64,000 bases of DNA from Candidatus Latescibacterota bacterium (GTDB taxonomy: Bacteria > Latescibacterota > UBA2968 > SICM01). This document shows, piece after piece, positions 18,829-29,012 of this stretch; within the stretch, counting starts at the first letter, position 1, and each line of letters opens with the position of its first letter. The DNA lies in NCBI GenBank assembly GCA_965217865.1, contig CBDCJO010000001.1:320001-384000 (forward strand), given 5' to 3'. The position numbers were made by a program, and so were the translations under genes. Under the pieces are notes generated by a model that was given only the letters and a program-made list of their open reading frames with translations, was not told where the DNA came from and ran no database searches.

Positions 18829-19716
18829 TCATTTCTTATTCTTCAAAACTTCCAGAACTCGCTGTCCCTGCAGGGTGGAATCCACGAAGGTCACAAGGCT
18901 CTGCCCCCCCTCGATCTTCTGCAGGTGATATTCCTTACCCTTGTCGAGTTTTCCGTGCCGGTCTGCAATTGCCGCCACCTCACCCATAAGAGCCAGCTTC
19001 ACACCGACCGGGATCCGGAGCACGGCATCTTTACCCTTTTCATCTGAGATATCCGGAAACCCGATGGCCTTGTAGTTCTTCTTGAAAAAGACAGACCTTC
19101 CCGCCTTGAGGTAACCGGCCTCCTTGAGTGACTTTTCCGTCCCTACGAAGACCAGGACGGAAGTGACCGCATCCTTTATCGACGCGGTCTCCTTCATGGA
19201 CTCCTCGAGGTTTTGCTCAAGCCGCACCAGACGTATGGTCTGTTCGAAGATCTCATTGTTCAGGCTATCCACTTCGGCCTTGAGACCCCTGACTTCACGG
19301 GTCGCTCTCTCCTTTTCGACTCTTTCCTCGGCCATCTCCGATTTCACATGCGACAGCTCTTTCACCAGCTTTTTATTGAGGGCCTGTTGTTTCCTGTAAA
19401 GCCCCCGGTACTCCTTCATCTCCTGGGATACCTTCTGGAGGGACGCCAGCAGAGTGCGGTTGACCACCTGTGCGCTGTCCATTTTCGTCCGAATGGTGTT
19501 CAGACGTCCGTTGAGTCCGTCCACGACGGTGTTCAAGGAATCGATATGAGATGTGTAAATCGCCACTTCCCCTTCGAGTTGCACGACGTAAGGATCGACC
19601 TTCGGCGCTCTTGGCTGGATCGCGATATAAAATACGATTGCGATAAAAATTGCTGCTAAGCCCACGATCAAAAGGATGTTCTTTTTTGCTCTGGATTTCT
19701 CCCTTTGATTCTCCAC
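18829..19716 (-). CDS. Membrane-anchored coiled-coil protein
   Basis: One N-terminal TM, long coiled coil, C-terminal VFVGTEKSLKEAGYL domain. Confidence 0.75.
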   Translation of the reverse strand: MENQREKSRAKKNILLIVGLAAIFIAIVFYIAIQPRAPKVDPYVVQLEGEVAIYTSHIDSLNTVVDGLNGRLNTIRTKMDSAQVVNRTLLASLQKVSQEMKEYRGLYRKQQALNKKLVKELSHVKSEMAEERVEKERATREVRGLKAEVDSLNNEIFEQTIRLVRLEQNLEESMKETASIKDAVTSVLVFVGTEKSLKEAGYLKAGRSVFFKKNYKAIGFPDISDEKGKDAVLRIPVGVKLALMGEVAAIADRHGKLDKGKEYHLQKIEGGQSLVTFVDSTLQGQRVLEVLKNKK

Positions 19717-19734
19717 AAATGCCTCCAGGGGAAA

Positions 19735-19818
19735 GATTCGTGATTCGTGATTCGTGATTCGTGATTCGTGATTCGTGATTCGTGATTCGTGATTCGTGAT
19801 TCGTGATTCGTGATTCGT
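19735..19818 (+). repeat. (GATTCGT)12 perfect heptamer tandem repeat
   Basis: 84 bp counted directly. Confidence 0.97.
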
Positions 19819-19865
19819 AAACCAAAGATAAGTTGAATCCCGATTCAGAACAAGCTTAAAACATC

Positions 19866-20684
19866 CTATTCCTTTGGGGGAGGAGGAATCCTTGGTCTCT
19901 TAAGGACCTTCTTATAAATCGAATCCACGGAAGCCTGGAGAAGGTCTACGGATTCTCGCTGGGAGGCCAGCTGTTTCTGGAGCCGAACCTGCGCAGTGGT
20001 GGTGGTCTCCAGGGACTTTTCGAGGGAAGCCCTGGTCCCTTTGAGATCGATTTTGAGCTGGCCGATTTGAGCCTTCTGGATCCCGATGCGTTCCCTTGCC
20101 CTGGCAAGTTCTCTCCGGGATTCCTGAAATTCACTCCGGGTCACCCGATGATCCTTTTCCTCTCGCCTCAGGTTATCCCACGTGACACTGTGGAGGGTGC
20201 GCTCTGTGTTGAGGCTATCGAGATAAGCTCGGTGGGCTTCAACCTCTTGATTTAATTCCCCGCGGGTCTCCTCCAGCCTTTTTCGAACCCTGGAGAGCAC
20301 CCTCCGGGTTTGTTCGTGCTCCGCGCGCTCCGTCTGCAAATCCCCCCGGACCTCCATCTCCGATTGAGTCAACTCGGCTTTTTCAACGACCTGGCCCATC
20401 AATTTGTCGGTGAGTTGGCCTAAACGATCCCGAAAAGTCTCAAGCTCCTGAGCAAGACGGGCCCTGGTACCCTTCAACGCCGTTTCCTGCTGCGTCAGGG
20501 AGGTATGAATGACGATGTAGACCAAGGCTGCAGTAATAAGGCTGATATAAAGGCCGAGCCATCCAAGGTGTTTTCCTTGAAGGGGCTTGACCCACTTCAT
20601 CATCGCCAGAATGACCCCCCAGAGAAGCGTCAAGGCCCCAGCGACAGCGAGGAGAATGATGTTCAGCGAAGGTTCAAATATCAT
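19866..20684 (-). CDS. Two-TM coiled-coil protein
   Basis: Two N-terminal TM helices then an extended coiled coil; start overlaps the upstream stop. Confidence 0.75.
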   Translation of the reverse strand: MIFEPSLNIILLAVAGALTLLWGVILAMMKWVKPLQGKHLGWLGLYISLITAALVYIVIHTSLTQQETALKGTRARLAQELETFRDRLGQLTDKLMGQVVEKAELTQSEMEVRGDLQTERAEHEQTRRVLSRVRKRLEETRGELNQEVEAHRAYLDSLNTERTLHSVTWDNLRREEKDHRVTRSEFQESRRELARARERIGIQKAQIGQLKIDLKGTRASLEKSLETTTTAQVRLQKQLASQRESVDLLQASVDSIYKKVLKRPRIPPPPKE

Positions 20685-22313
20685 CGCGGCAACTGTGCCC
20701 TCAGCCAGTAGGGTAAGGTTTCATCCTCATACGTGATCTCAAGCTCGACCTTGCGCACTTCACACGGCTCGGGCTTCAAATAGGCCGGCGGCTGAATTTC
20801 AGATTGTAAGATGCGGAAGGCCAGCGTGTTGCGCCCCTTCTTCAGCAACCCGGGATCAATAACAGCTTGCCGGTGGCAATGGAGATTGTCAGACGGGTGA
20901 TCCAGGACGACCAGAGGAAGCGTGAGCCCTGCTTCCCATTCCACGGCGACCTCGTGCCCGTTGACCGTCAGGAAGAGGTCTCTGCGTGTCCAATCGGTCT
21001 CAGTGACGTTCAGCAGCAGTCGTACGCCTACCGGCATACCCTGCGCCAGCACGGCGGGAATATCATCAACGATGTCTATGTCCATGGTCACTTCTTCCGT
21101 CGGGCCCTGCTCGGGAGTCCCTAGTTCCAGAGGCAATGCCAATTGGAAGACGTAGGTCTTGTTGGCATATCGTATCCGTTCCGGATCGCCCAGTTCCCGG
21201 AAGACCTCCCAGTGTGGTTCGTAGTTCCGAAACAAGTAGTCGTAGAACAAGATGCCGTCGGCGCCTTGCTCGTAGAGTCTGTGCGCTATAGCGCGATGTT
21301 CCCAATGATTTGTACTGTTGGCGTGGAAGCCATCTATCCAACCGGTCTTGGCAGTGTGGCGCCGTGAGGGCTTCCCGGGCCCGACGACCAGACGACAATT
21401 CGTCCCTTCGACCACTCGGCGCCAGGCGGAAATATCCGACTCAAAAAGAGCAGCGGTGCGGCACTGTCCCATCAGGATGTCCAGCAGGCCCTCTGCAACC
21501 CAGCTAGCCACGTCGAACCCACCTTCGTAGTAACCGGTGATATTGTCCTTTCCCCCATCATAGTAGTTTTTCAAACCCTCTATGCGCACAGCATCGTGCG
21601 GACAGATTGTGTCGTGATGATAAAACTGCGCGGAAAGGCCCAGGCGCTTGCCTTTGGCCTTCCCGACGCGGTCGAGCAGGGCGCGTACATTACGTACGTG
21701 CTGGTTCATCACTTCCCGTCCTGCAGCCTCTTCGCCCGGGTTGAAATAAGGCGCGCTTCGGGTGAAGTCCAGATCCAGCCCGTCCACGTCGTAGTTCTCA
21801 ACCACTTCCTGTATTAAGGCCAGATTAATCTCGGCGATCTCTGGCTTATTCCAGTCATACTGTGCAGAAACTTGGCGGCGATCATCCCACTTTTTGAGCT
21901 GAAGTTCTGGGTGCTCCTTGTAGAAGGCGGTCTGGTAGACATCGGTGTTGAGCACCTTGTAGGTGTGGTGGGCGTCGTTCATGCGGCTGCTGCCCCAAGC
22001 CTGTATGCCACATTTGTGGCATTCGTCCACGAAAACGGACATTATGTCCACTCCGGCGTCTAGCTGCCGCTGTTGGGGATGCGCCACATCCAACACCTTG
22101 GATGCCTGGGCAGCTCGTATCGTCCCCCCTATACGCCGTTGGTAGATGCCGACATGCGAGCCTTCAAGAGCCCGCACGAGCGAGCGAACCTGTCGTGCAG
22201 CCACTTCGGGGGGCGCGTCCGCCGGCTGGCCCCCGTCCCAGGTTAGGATCAGGCGCTGACGCTCGCGTATAGGGAATGACTACGGACTGGCTTTTTTCTG
22301 CTTGCGTTGACAT
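20681..22313 (-). CDS. Glycoside hydrolase-like TIM-barrel protein (GHL10-like); 5' end frameshifted
   Basis: SRMNDAH, YDVDGLDLDFTR and GADGILFY motifs. ATG 22313 with AGGAGG is out of frame with RLILTWDGG and the 22204 ORF. Confidence 0.7.
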
Positions 22314-22344
22314 CTATATCTCCTCCTTTTGCCACCTTCTTTAA

Positions 22345-22575
22345 GGCCTTCTTTCAGCGCCAACGGCGCGGTGTCCCTCAACCCAGGCGAGCTGCCCTGG
22401 GTTGTGCGAAACAATAGCATCGTGCGGCATGAAAGGCCGCGATGTGGGATTGATCCGGATCGCGGACCGTTGGCCCGCTCGATTCGTCCACATTCAAACC
22501 CAGCCCGTTGGGCTGGGCAAAGGAATCACGGGCCGTTGGCCCGATGATACGTCACCTCACAGAACCTCGCTTACA
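22345..22575 (+). mobile_element. REP/MITE family A, copy 1
   Basis: CTTTCAGCGCCAACGGCGCG...CCCTGGG...GATCCGGATCGCGGACCGTTGG shared with the copies at 37.3, 43.4 and 47.4 kb. Confidence 0.85.
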
Positions 22576-22664
22576 AAATATACCCGGATTTTTATGAAAA
22601 TGAGATCCTGAGCGAAGCTAAGGATCTCAAAATCGCTTTTCCTGCCACCTGCCACCTGCCACTA

Positions 22665-22766
22665 TTCATTGAATATCGGGAAATTGAATATTGAACAACT
22701 CATGGATTTCTTGTGGTCCTAATGGATCTCTTCAATATTCAATCTTCAATTTTCAATCTTCAATTC
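22665..22766 (+). repeat. TTGAATA...TATTCAA element (family C), copy 1
   Basis: Similar to 28864-28952 and 35154-35248. Confidence 0.85.
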
Positions 22767-24146
22767 CATGACCAGCCGCTGATAAAGTTGCTCCGAGCTA
22801 TCTCGTGTCGCAGATTGAAGCTGAAGGTCGAGCTCCCGACATCGAATCACCTGCCTGCACGCCTCCTCTAATCGGCCTTCATCGGCGAGAAGCTCAGCAA
22901 GGCGATATCGTGCCTCCGACTCCGCACGAAGGTCACCAACAGGTCCGCTGTAGCGGATACAGTCGAAATAGTAATCCTGTGCAAAGGCCTGGCTGAGGGG
23001 TGTATTCTGGGACAAACGTCCACGTTCGTATGCACAAACGGCCATCCCGCGAAGGTTTCCGTTTCGTGCCATCCACGATTGAGCGGACCGAAGCCAATGG
23101 CGTGCCGTTTCGTCATTTCCCCGCTGGCGCTCAAGCCTTCCCAGCCTCAGGTGGATATACGCGACACCGGTCGAATCCTCCAACGCCTGGTATCGATCCT
23201 CCGATTTCTGGTAATACGCCAGCACCCGGTCCATGACCTGTTTGATATTTCCGTTCTGTGCGTAGGAATCACCGAGGGCCATAAAGGCCAGGGCCTGTCC
23301 TGATGTGTCCCGGGCAGCCGTGTAAATCTCTATGGCGTCCAGGATCTCCTTCCGGGCGGTTGAATGATTTCGCCGGGCGATATGCAAAGCTCCGCGATCC
23401 AGCTTCAGATCGGCGATGTACACGATATCCGTTTGTAATTCGCTCAGGGACGCCTGGCTCAGGTCCAGAAGATCCTTCGCAATTTCATATTTGCCCCGGT
23501 CGATCTGAATGCGGGCGATCTGGCGTTTGACGTAGGCCGAGTGAAGGTTTTTTATGCCGATCCTTCCGTATGCGGAATCGATCGAAGTATAATAGTGGTA
23601 TGCGAACGGGGCCGGAAGAGGGGCATCACGCCGATATCGACCCTCAGCGAAAAGTCGATCCGCAAGTTCGCTCCATCTGGTAATCCGCTCGAAGACTGCG
23701 GCCTGAACCCCTGCGGGATCGGGGAGGTGCCATAAACGGATAAAATCGTGAGGAAGGGAACTAATGTTCGCCCTTAAACCGCCATTCTCTAAACGGCCAC
23801 CGGGTGATTCAGGCAATTCGAACCCCGATCTGCTTACTCCCTCATCGGACCGGGTGTCGAAAACAGCGATCTGCTCTTGCAAGGAAGTCATAGGGTCGAG
23901 ACTTGAACCAGTTTCTAGGTATGGATTTTCCGGGGAGAGATTTGAAAACAACCCCCACGCCGCGGCACTGAAAACCAGGAAAGTGACGGTGAACATACAC
24001 GACTTGATATAAGGATGCCAGGTCCCTTGAGACCGATTCCTGATCCCCTGTTCCTGGGTGTGTGCACAGCAATACCGCCCCCCATCGGAAGCGTTTAAGG
24101 GGCAGCGGATAGAATCAGGTCCAACACGTTGACATTTATGAAACAT
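22746..24146 (-). CDS. TPR protein with N-terminal Cys/His cluster and TM helix
   Basis: C-x9-C-x10-CCAH N-terminus, a TM segment and multiple TPR-like helical repeats. Confidence 0.75.
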   Translation of the reverse strand: MFHKCQRVGPDSIRCPLNASDGGRYCCAHTQEQGIRNRSQGTWHPYIKSCMFTVTFLVFSAAAWGLFSNLSPENPYLETGSSLDPMTSLQEQIAVFDTRSDEGVSRSGFELPESPGGRLENGGLRANISSLPHDFIRLWHLPDPAGVQAAVFERITRWSELADRLFAEGRYRRDAPLPAPFAYHYYTSIDSAYGRIGIKNLHSAYVKRQIARIQIDRGKYEIAKDLLDLSQASLSELQTDIVYIADLKLDRGALHIARRNHSTARKEILDAIEIYTAARDTSGQALAFMALGDSYAQNGNIKQVMDRVLAYYQKSEDRYQALEDSTGVAYIHLRLGRLERQRGNDETARHWLRSAQSWMARNGNLRGMAVCAYERGRLSQNTPLSQAFAQDYYFDCIRYSGPVGDLRAESEARYRLAELLADEGRLEEACRQVIRCRELDLQLQSATRDSSEQLYQRLVMELKIEN

Positions 24147-24368
24147 AATTCAATTTCCTCTTCTCCGGCGTAGCGCTTAACAGCAGTTCCCCGGCAGGAA
24201 TCATCTAATTTACATCAAAAACCACAGTCGTCAAGCTCAATTCGTGGACGGGTTATTATAAATCGGAGCAATTTCCAGGCCCCTTGGAAGGCAAGGGGTC
24301 AGAGGACGGAGGTCGGGGAAGAGCAAGAGCAGTAGCAGGAAAGGCAAAGTCAGAATTCGGAGGTCAGA

Positions 24369-25425
24369 GGTCGGGGAAAAGAAAACCGGACGTTTTGAAT
24401 TGTGAACACGTGTTCACAATTGGGTTGGTTCGGAAAACCAGTGACGGACATACAAAATTCGGTCAAGTGTCATACCTAACCCCTAAACCCCCTTCCCGAA
24501 ACGGGAAGGGGGTTTAGGGGTTAGGTTAAGGCATATAATCTCCCCTCCCCGCTTCGGGGAGGGGTCGGGGGAGGGGTGTCAAGAAAGGAATTCCACATCT
24601 CAGTTCAAACTCCATATTCAAATTCTGCACGCGCGCGCAGAATTAACCTTGGCCCCTACCGAGCGCGTGGAATATTGGGTGATAATATTTAAACTCTTGA
24701 CAAGTATGGGTTTACGTTTGACCTCTGGCGTTTGACGTTTCACTGGTTGGATGAACAGGGGCTGTATGGGATCAGAGGTCGGAGGACATTCAAATCGGGT
24801 GGCAAGACGAATTTTCCACGCGCGTGGAAAATTGAGTCATCATACTTACGTCATAAATAATTGCGCATATTGTCAAGATTCATTATATTGCCGATAAGGA
24901 CTGGCGCAACCGAACCAAGTCCCGCTTTGCGCGGGAGTTCCTTCCGCCCATACCTAATCGACGCGTTTTGGAAGCTCACGAGCCGGAAAACCACACATAA
25001 CCGCCACTTTCTGACGCTCAATGAGGTCTATAGAGGCAGCGGAAGAGGTATTCGCTCACTCTAGCCAGCAAAATGGAATCGCAATTCTCCGGAATTGTTT
25101 CGCATTTACTTAAGACGTAATTTATAGCTGTTGTACAATGAAATGCAAGGACCGGGGGCAAGGAAGGCGTCGGTGGTCGGGGAAAAGAAAAACCGTACGT
25201 TTTGAATTGTGAACGCGTGTTCACAATTGGGTTAGTTCGGAAAAGCATTGACGGACATACAAAATTCGGTCAAGTGTCAAACCTAGCCCCTAGCCCCTTC
25301 CCTAAAGGGAAGGGGAATAAGGGCATTATTTTAAATAACTTAAAACGGGATTGTCTCCCCTCTCCTTTAGGGGAGGGGCTGGGGGAGGGGTGAATTCCTC
25401 CGCCTTAGTTCAAACTCCATATTCA
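24369..25425 (+). repeat. About 250-bp imperfect direct duplication (24369-24620 and 25175-25425) plus four 24-bp palindromes
   Basis: Shared GGTCGGGGAAAAG...GACGGACATACAAAATTCGGTCAAGTGTCA...AGTTCAAACTCCATATTCA. Confidence 0.9.
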
Positions 25426-26464
25426 CATTGTGCCTGTGCCCTATTGAATTGATATCCTGATCCAGGTCAACGGAATAATCGACAGTAAAGAAGAGATTTC
25501 CCTGGAACCGCGCTGAATAGCCCAGACCTAAAGACCCGCTGGACTGTCGAAAACCTCGAAAGACCACTGCAGCATTCACATCCTCGCGTGAATGTGAAGG
25601 CGAAAATCCCCCCCCGCCACGAATCGCTATCCATTTTTCGTGACCCACTGAACGAAAATACTCACCCCCAAAAAGGGCAGACCAGATCCGTCCCCCCGTC
25701 TGAACCAGATCGGCTGTGAAAAGGAAATTCTTTTGGCGCCCCTCCCATTTATAGGCGCCTCCCAGAACGACCTCCCGCTCTACACGGTTCACGTTATCAT
25801 CCGGTCTTTTAATCCGGCTGTAGGCGTTGCGGAGCGCAAAACCGTAGCGGAACCGGTCCGTGACTTCGTGGATCAACCCGAACCCCGTGCTAAAACCGGT
25901 CGGATGAGGTGGGATTAAAAGATTCTGCCTGAGGAATGAAAGATTTACCCCGGCGGAGAGACGTCCCACGATCGGATGGTAGAAGACCTCTGGGTAGGCC
26001 AAGGAGACCATCATGGTTTGGTCCGAAGCATCGAATCTGCCCGTCTGCCGTCCCGTCGGATCTCTAATTTCGATCCCTGGCAGTACATAACGCGAATAGT
26101 AAAGACCTACCCCGATCCAGGCCGTTCGGGGGCCTGGGGGAAGGACAAGCCCTCCGAAAAAGTGTCTTCCGGTGACGCGGTTAAAGACCGGGTCTGCGCC
26201 GAGCTGGAAATTGAGATTGTCGTTCGCGTTCTGGGTGTAGAGATAGGAAAAACCGCCTGTTAAATGTTTGACCATTGCCGTCCCGGCGGGATTCCATCGC
26301 TGACCATAAACGCCTTCCGCCACGGCCGTATAGGCCCCGCCCAGCCCCGCGCCCTGACCTCCTGGCACGGAGTGAAGGGAGACCGGCATCGACACCCCCG
26401 CCTCCGCACGTTCGCAGAAGAGGACAATTCCAATGGCCGTTATAAGAAGGATTCGAAATATCAT
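25367..26464 (-). CDS. PorV/PorQ-like (FadL-superfamily) outer-membrane beta-barrel
   Basis: Signal peptide; PGGQGAGLGGAYTAVAEG..WNPAG is the PorV/UPF0164-type N-terminal motif; alternating beta-strand pattern. Confidence 0.8.
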   Translation of the reverse strand: MIFRILLITAIGIVLFCERAEAGVSMPVSLHSVPGGQGAGLGGAYTAVAEGVYGQRWNPAGTAMVKHLTGGFSYLYTQNANDNLNFQLGADPVFNRVTGRHFFGGLVLPPGPRTAWIGVGLYYSRYVLPGIEIRDPTGRQTGRFDASDQTMMVSLAYPEVFYHPIVGRLSAGVNLSFLRQNLLIPPHPTGFSTGFGLIHEVTDRFRYGFALRNAYSRIKRPDDNVNRVEREVVLGGAYKWEGRQKNFLFTADLVQTGGRIWSALFGGEYFRSVGHEKWIAIRGGGGFSPSHSREDVNAAVVFRGFRQSSGSLGLGYSARFQGNLFFTVDYSVDLDQDINSIGHRHNVNMEFELRRRNSPLPQPLP

Positions 26465-26549
26465 AAATCAACTTTTACGATGTAAGCAAGTGATGGACTT
26501 GAGAATGACGGATTGAACCCGCGGTTACAGAATACGACTAGTTGAAATA

Positions 26550-26835
26550 TCCTTAGCCATCCTTCGACTACGCAGCGCTAATGCGCTGCTCCGCTCTGGA
26601 TGTTTTCCTCGTCTTCGAGGGATGATGGAGTCAAAGGTTGGGTTATGCTTCTTCCACCAACATTTCGACATACAAACCCCGGAGAGTTCAAAACATCCTG
26701 AGCCCTTCGACAAGCTCAGGATAAACTCTGTCGAAGGATGACGATCAAGCAAACGGTTACATACAATGACTGAACAAAACATCCAGAGCGGAGTCCCCCC
26801 CTGCTCTTGGGGGGACGCAGTCGAAGGATGCCAAA
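26550..26835. repeat. Cluster of CTTCGAC/GTCGAAG REP-like palindromic repeats
   Basis: CCTGAGCCCTTCGACAAGCTCAGG...GTCGAAGGA; relatives at 32673-32740, 43780-43825 and 56883-56925. Confidence 0.75.
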
Positions 26836-26924
26836 GCTTGCTTTTCCTGCTACTGCCACCTGCCACTGCTACTGCTTTTCCCTGATCCCTGACAACCGAC
26901 CCCTGGCCTCTGATTTTCCATTTC

Positions 26925-28853
26925 CTACTTCAACCGCAGTCCAATCGCCATCGGATAATAGACACTTTCCCGCTCCCCATCCCGGTATTCCACGATAAAT
27001 TCCGCGATATAGACCCCGTCCGCCATCTGCCGGCCGAAGACATCCCGCCCGTCCCAGGTCGGGGCCGCGTCGAACCCCAAGCCTGTGGGACCCAGTCGAA
27101 GTTCCCGCTCGATCAGGGGCGTGTGGGGAGGATGTGCGGTTCGGATCTTCAGCCAACCCCTGATCGCCTGGACCACGAATTCCGCGTGAAACGTCGCCCT
27201 CTCCCCCGCGCGGGGGTTAAAGGGATTTGGATAACCGTAAAATTCCCTCACCCGGCGCTCCCCCGCGAAGAACCGTCCGGGGTTGGGCGAAGCCCAGATC
27301 GTGTCCGGTCCAGACAGGGTGGCAATCCTCCAGGAGTAAAAGACCTCTCCGGGCAGAGGATCCGGGATTTGGGAGCCTCCCACCACAAGACTCTCAGCCT
27401 GAACGAAGATGGGCTGAATCGATCCCTCGGGTGCCGGTTCCAGGAAGAGCAGGTATGCAACCGCCTTCACACCAAACGAGAAGAAGTAGGGATTCCACCG
27501 GAAGATCGGGGACTGTGTGTCCGCCGGCCGACCCTCGGGCGGAGCGAGGAGCGAGAAAAGGTTGACCCGGAATCGCCTGGCCCTCGATCCGCCGAAGTCC
27601 GAGGAGAGCCGGTCCAGGTTGTTCGCCTGGGCCCGCACTCGCCAATAGTAGACCTGCTCGCCCGAGAGCCTCTCCGACAGAGTGAAAACCGTATCCGCTC
27701 CGACATTTTGACCCACGCGCAGGGAATCCAGATCGGGCAGTACGCTGATCTCCAGGACATAGGACACAGTGGAGCTGTCTGCCGTTCGGGTCCCCTCCCA
27801 CCGGAACGTCGGACGCAGGCCACGCCACACCACATCCGGGGCGGGTTGGAGGATGTTGAAAGGCTCGGGCCGGTGCTCCACACGGAAGGAGCGTTCCTCG
27901 GTCATGCTCCGCAGGAGATCCGGCAGGATCCGCGATGTGATTGACCAGAAATAAGTCTCTCGATATTCCAGGGAGATGCCGAGACCTTCAAGGTCCGTCC
28001 GGTTCAGAGACGTATCCGTTACCGTCCCCTCAAAAATATCCGAGGCACCCGAGCGCGAACCGACTCGCAGGATATAATCGATCGATTTATCGGGATCCGA
28101 AGACGAAGTGCTGGTCCAGAGGAACCGGAAGTCCGGATCCTCGAGATCGAGCGTTTGCCGGTCCGAGGGATTGATGGCCGCGGATGGGCGTACCACGAAT
28201 ATCTCCGCAAGGTCCGAATCGATGCGTCCGGTCTCTATGTCCCGCGCGCTGAATAGAAGAAACAGAGAGGCCTTGGGGAACTCGGGGCCCGAAGTCAGGA
28301 TCAGGCTTGTATCGGAAAATTCGACCTTGAGGATCTCCTCGGAGATGGATTCGGCCTCCCACTCGAAACGGTTCAGAGAAACCGTATCAGGTACTGCGAT
28401 GTGCCCGCGCAAATTGATCTTGAGCTCCTGTTCCGGGAAAAGGACAATCCGCCCCATAAAGATGTCGTGCACCGGTTGAACGACCACCACCAGAGTTTTC
28501 TCCGTGCTCGCGCCCTCTGCGTCGGTGGCCGTGACCGTGATTCCTGCTGTCCCGTTCCAATCCGGATCCGCCCAGAGGAGGAGATTCCGGTTGGGATCGA
28601 TTTCGAAGTGCAACGGAGAATCCGCTGGAATATCGATCCGCCATTCGATTGCCGAACCCGGCGTCTCGTCGTCTTCCGCAAGAAGATTCAGGGATTGACG
28701 CAGCGTATCCTCTTCGGCGAAACTCAGGGAATCGACCAGGACCTTGGGCGACGTATTTTCAGACCGCTGTCCCCATACGGAACCCGCCGTGAAGAAGATC
28801 AAAAGAAATCCCCATAACAGATTCAGACGGTTCAATTTTTTGTTTGGAGTCAT
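26925..28853 (-). CDS. Secreted Ig/Fn3-repeat protein with FlgD-like C-terminal sorting domain
   Basis: Cadherin-like DWNGTAGITVTATD; repeated P.F.W...YYWRV modules; C-terminal YPNPFNP...WDGRD..G..MADGVYI; likely start 28853. Confidence 0.8.
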   Translation of the reverse strand: MTPNKKLNRLNLLWGFLLIFFTAGSVWGQRSENTSPKVLVDSLSFAEEDTLRQSLNLLAEDDETPGSAIEWRIDIPADSPLHFEIDPNRNLLLWADPDWNGTAGITVTATDAEGASTEKTLVVVVQPVHDIFMGRIVLFPEQELKINLRGHIAVPDTVSLNRFEWEAESISEEILKVEFSDTSLILTSGPEFPKASLFLLFSARDIETGRIDSDLAEIFVVRPSAAINPSDRQTLDLEDPDFRFLWTSTSSSDPDKSIDYILRVGSRSGASDIFEGTVTDTSLNRTDLEGLGISLEYRETYFWSITSRILPDLLRSMTEERSFRVEHRPEPFNILQPAPDVVWRGLRPTFRWEGTRTADSSTVSYVLEISVLPDLDSLRVGQNVGADTVFTLSERLSGEQVYYWRVRAQANNLDRLSSDFGGSRARRFRVNLFSLLAPPEGRPADTQSPIFRWNPYFFSFGVKAVAYLLFLEPAPEGSIQPIFVQAESLVVGGSQIPDPLPGEVFYSWRIATLSGPDTIWASPNPGRFFAGERRVREFYGYPNPFNPRAGERATFHAEFVVQAIRGWLKIRTAHPPHTPLIERELRLGPTGLGFDAAPTWDGRDVFGRQMADGVYIAEFIVEYRDGERESVYYPMAIGLRLK

Positions 28854-28863
28854 GATCCCTAAA

Positions 28864-28952
28864 TTCATTGAATATTGAATATCGGAGAATTGAATATTTG
28901 AAAAACTCAAGGCTTTCTTGTGCCCTTATAGATCTCGCTTCAATATTCAATC
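28864..28952 (+). repeat. Family C element, copy 2
   Basis: TTGAATATCGGAGAATTGAATATTTG...TTTCTTGTG...GATCTC..TTCAATATTCAAT. Confidence 0.85.
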
Positions 28953-29012
28953 CTCCTCTGACACCTGCTACTGGCTCAGTTCAATTTTCAATCTTCAATC
29001 TTCAATCCTCAA

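Noticed and set aside
19373-19825. ORF with ESRITNH repeats
   Set aside because: Translation of the heptamer tract overlapping a real gene in another frame.
24890-24960. Riboswitch (c-di-GMP-like) around the TCCCGC-GCAA-AGCGGGA hairpin
   Set aside because: Only one hairpin matches; the remaining consensus was not recognised and a covariance search would be needed.
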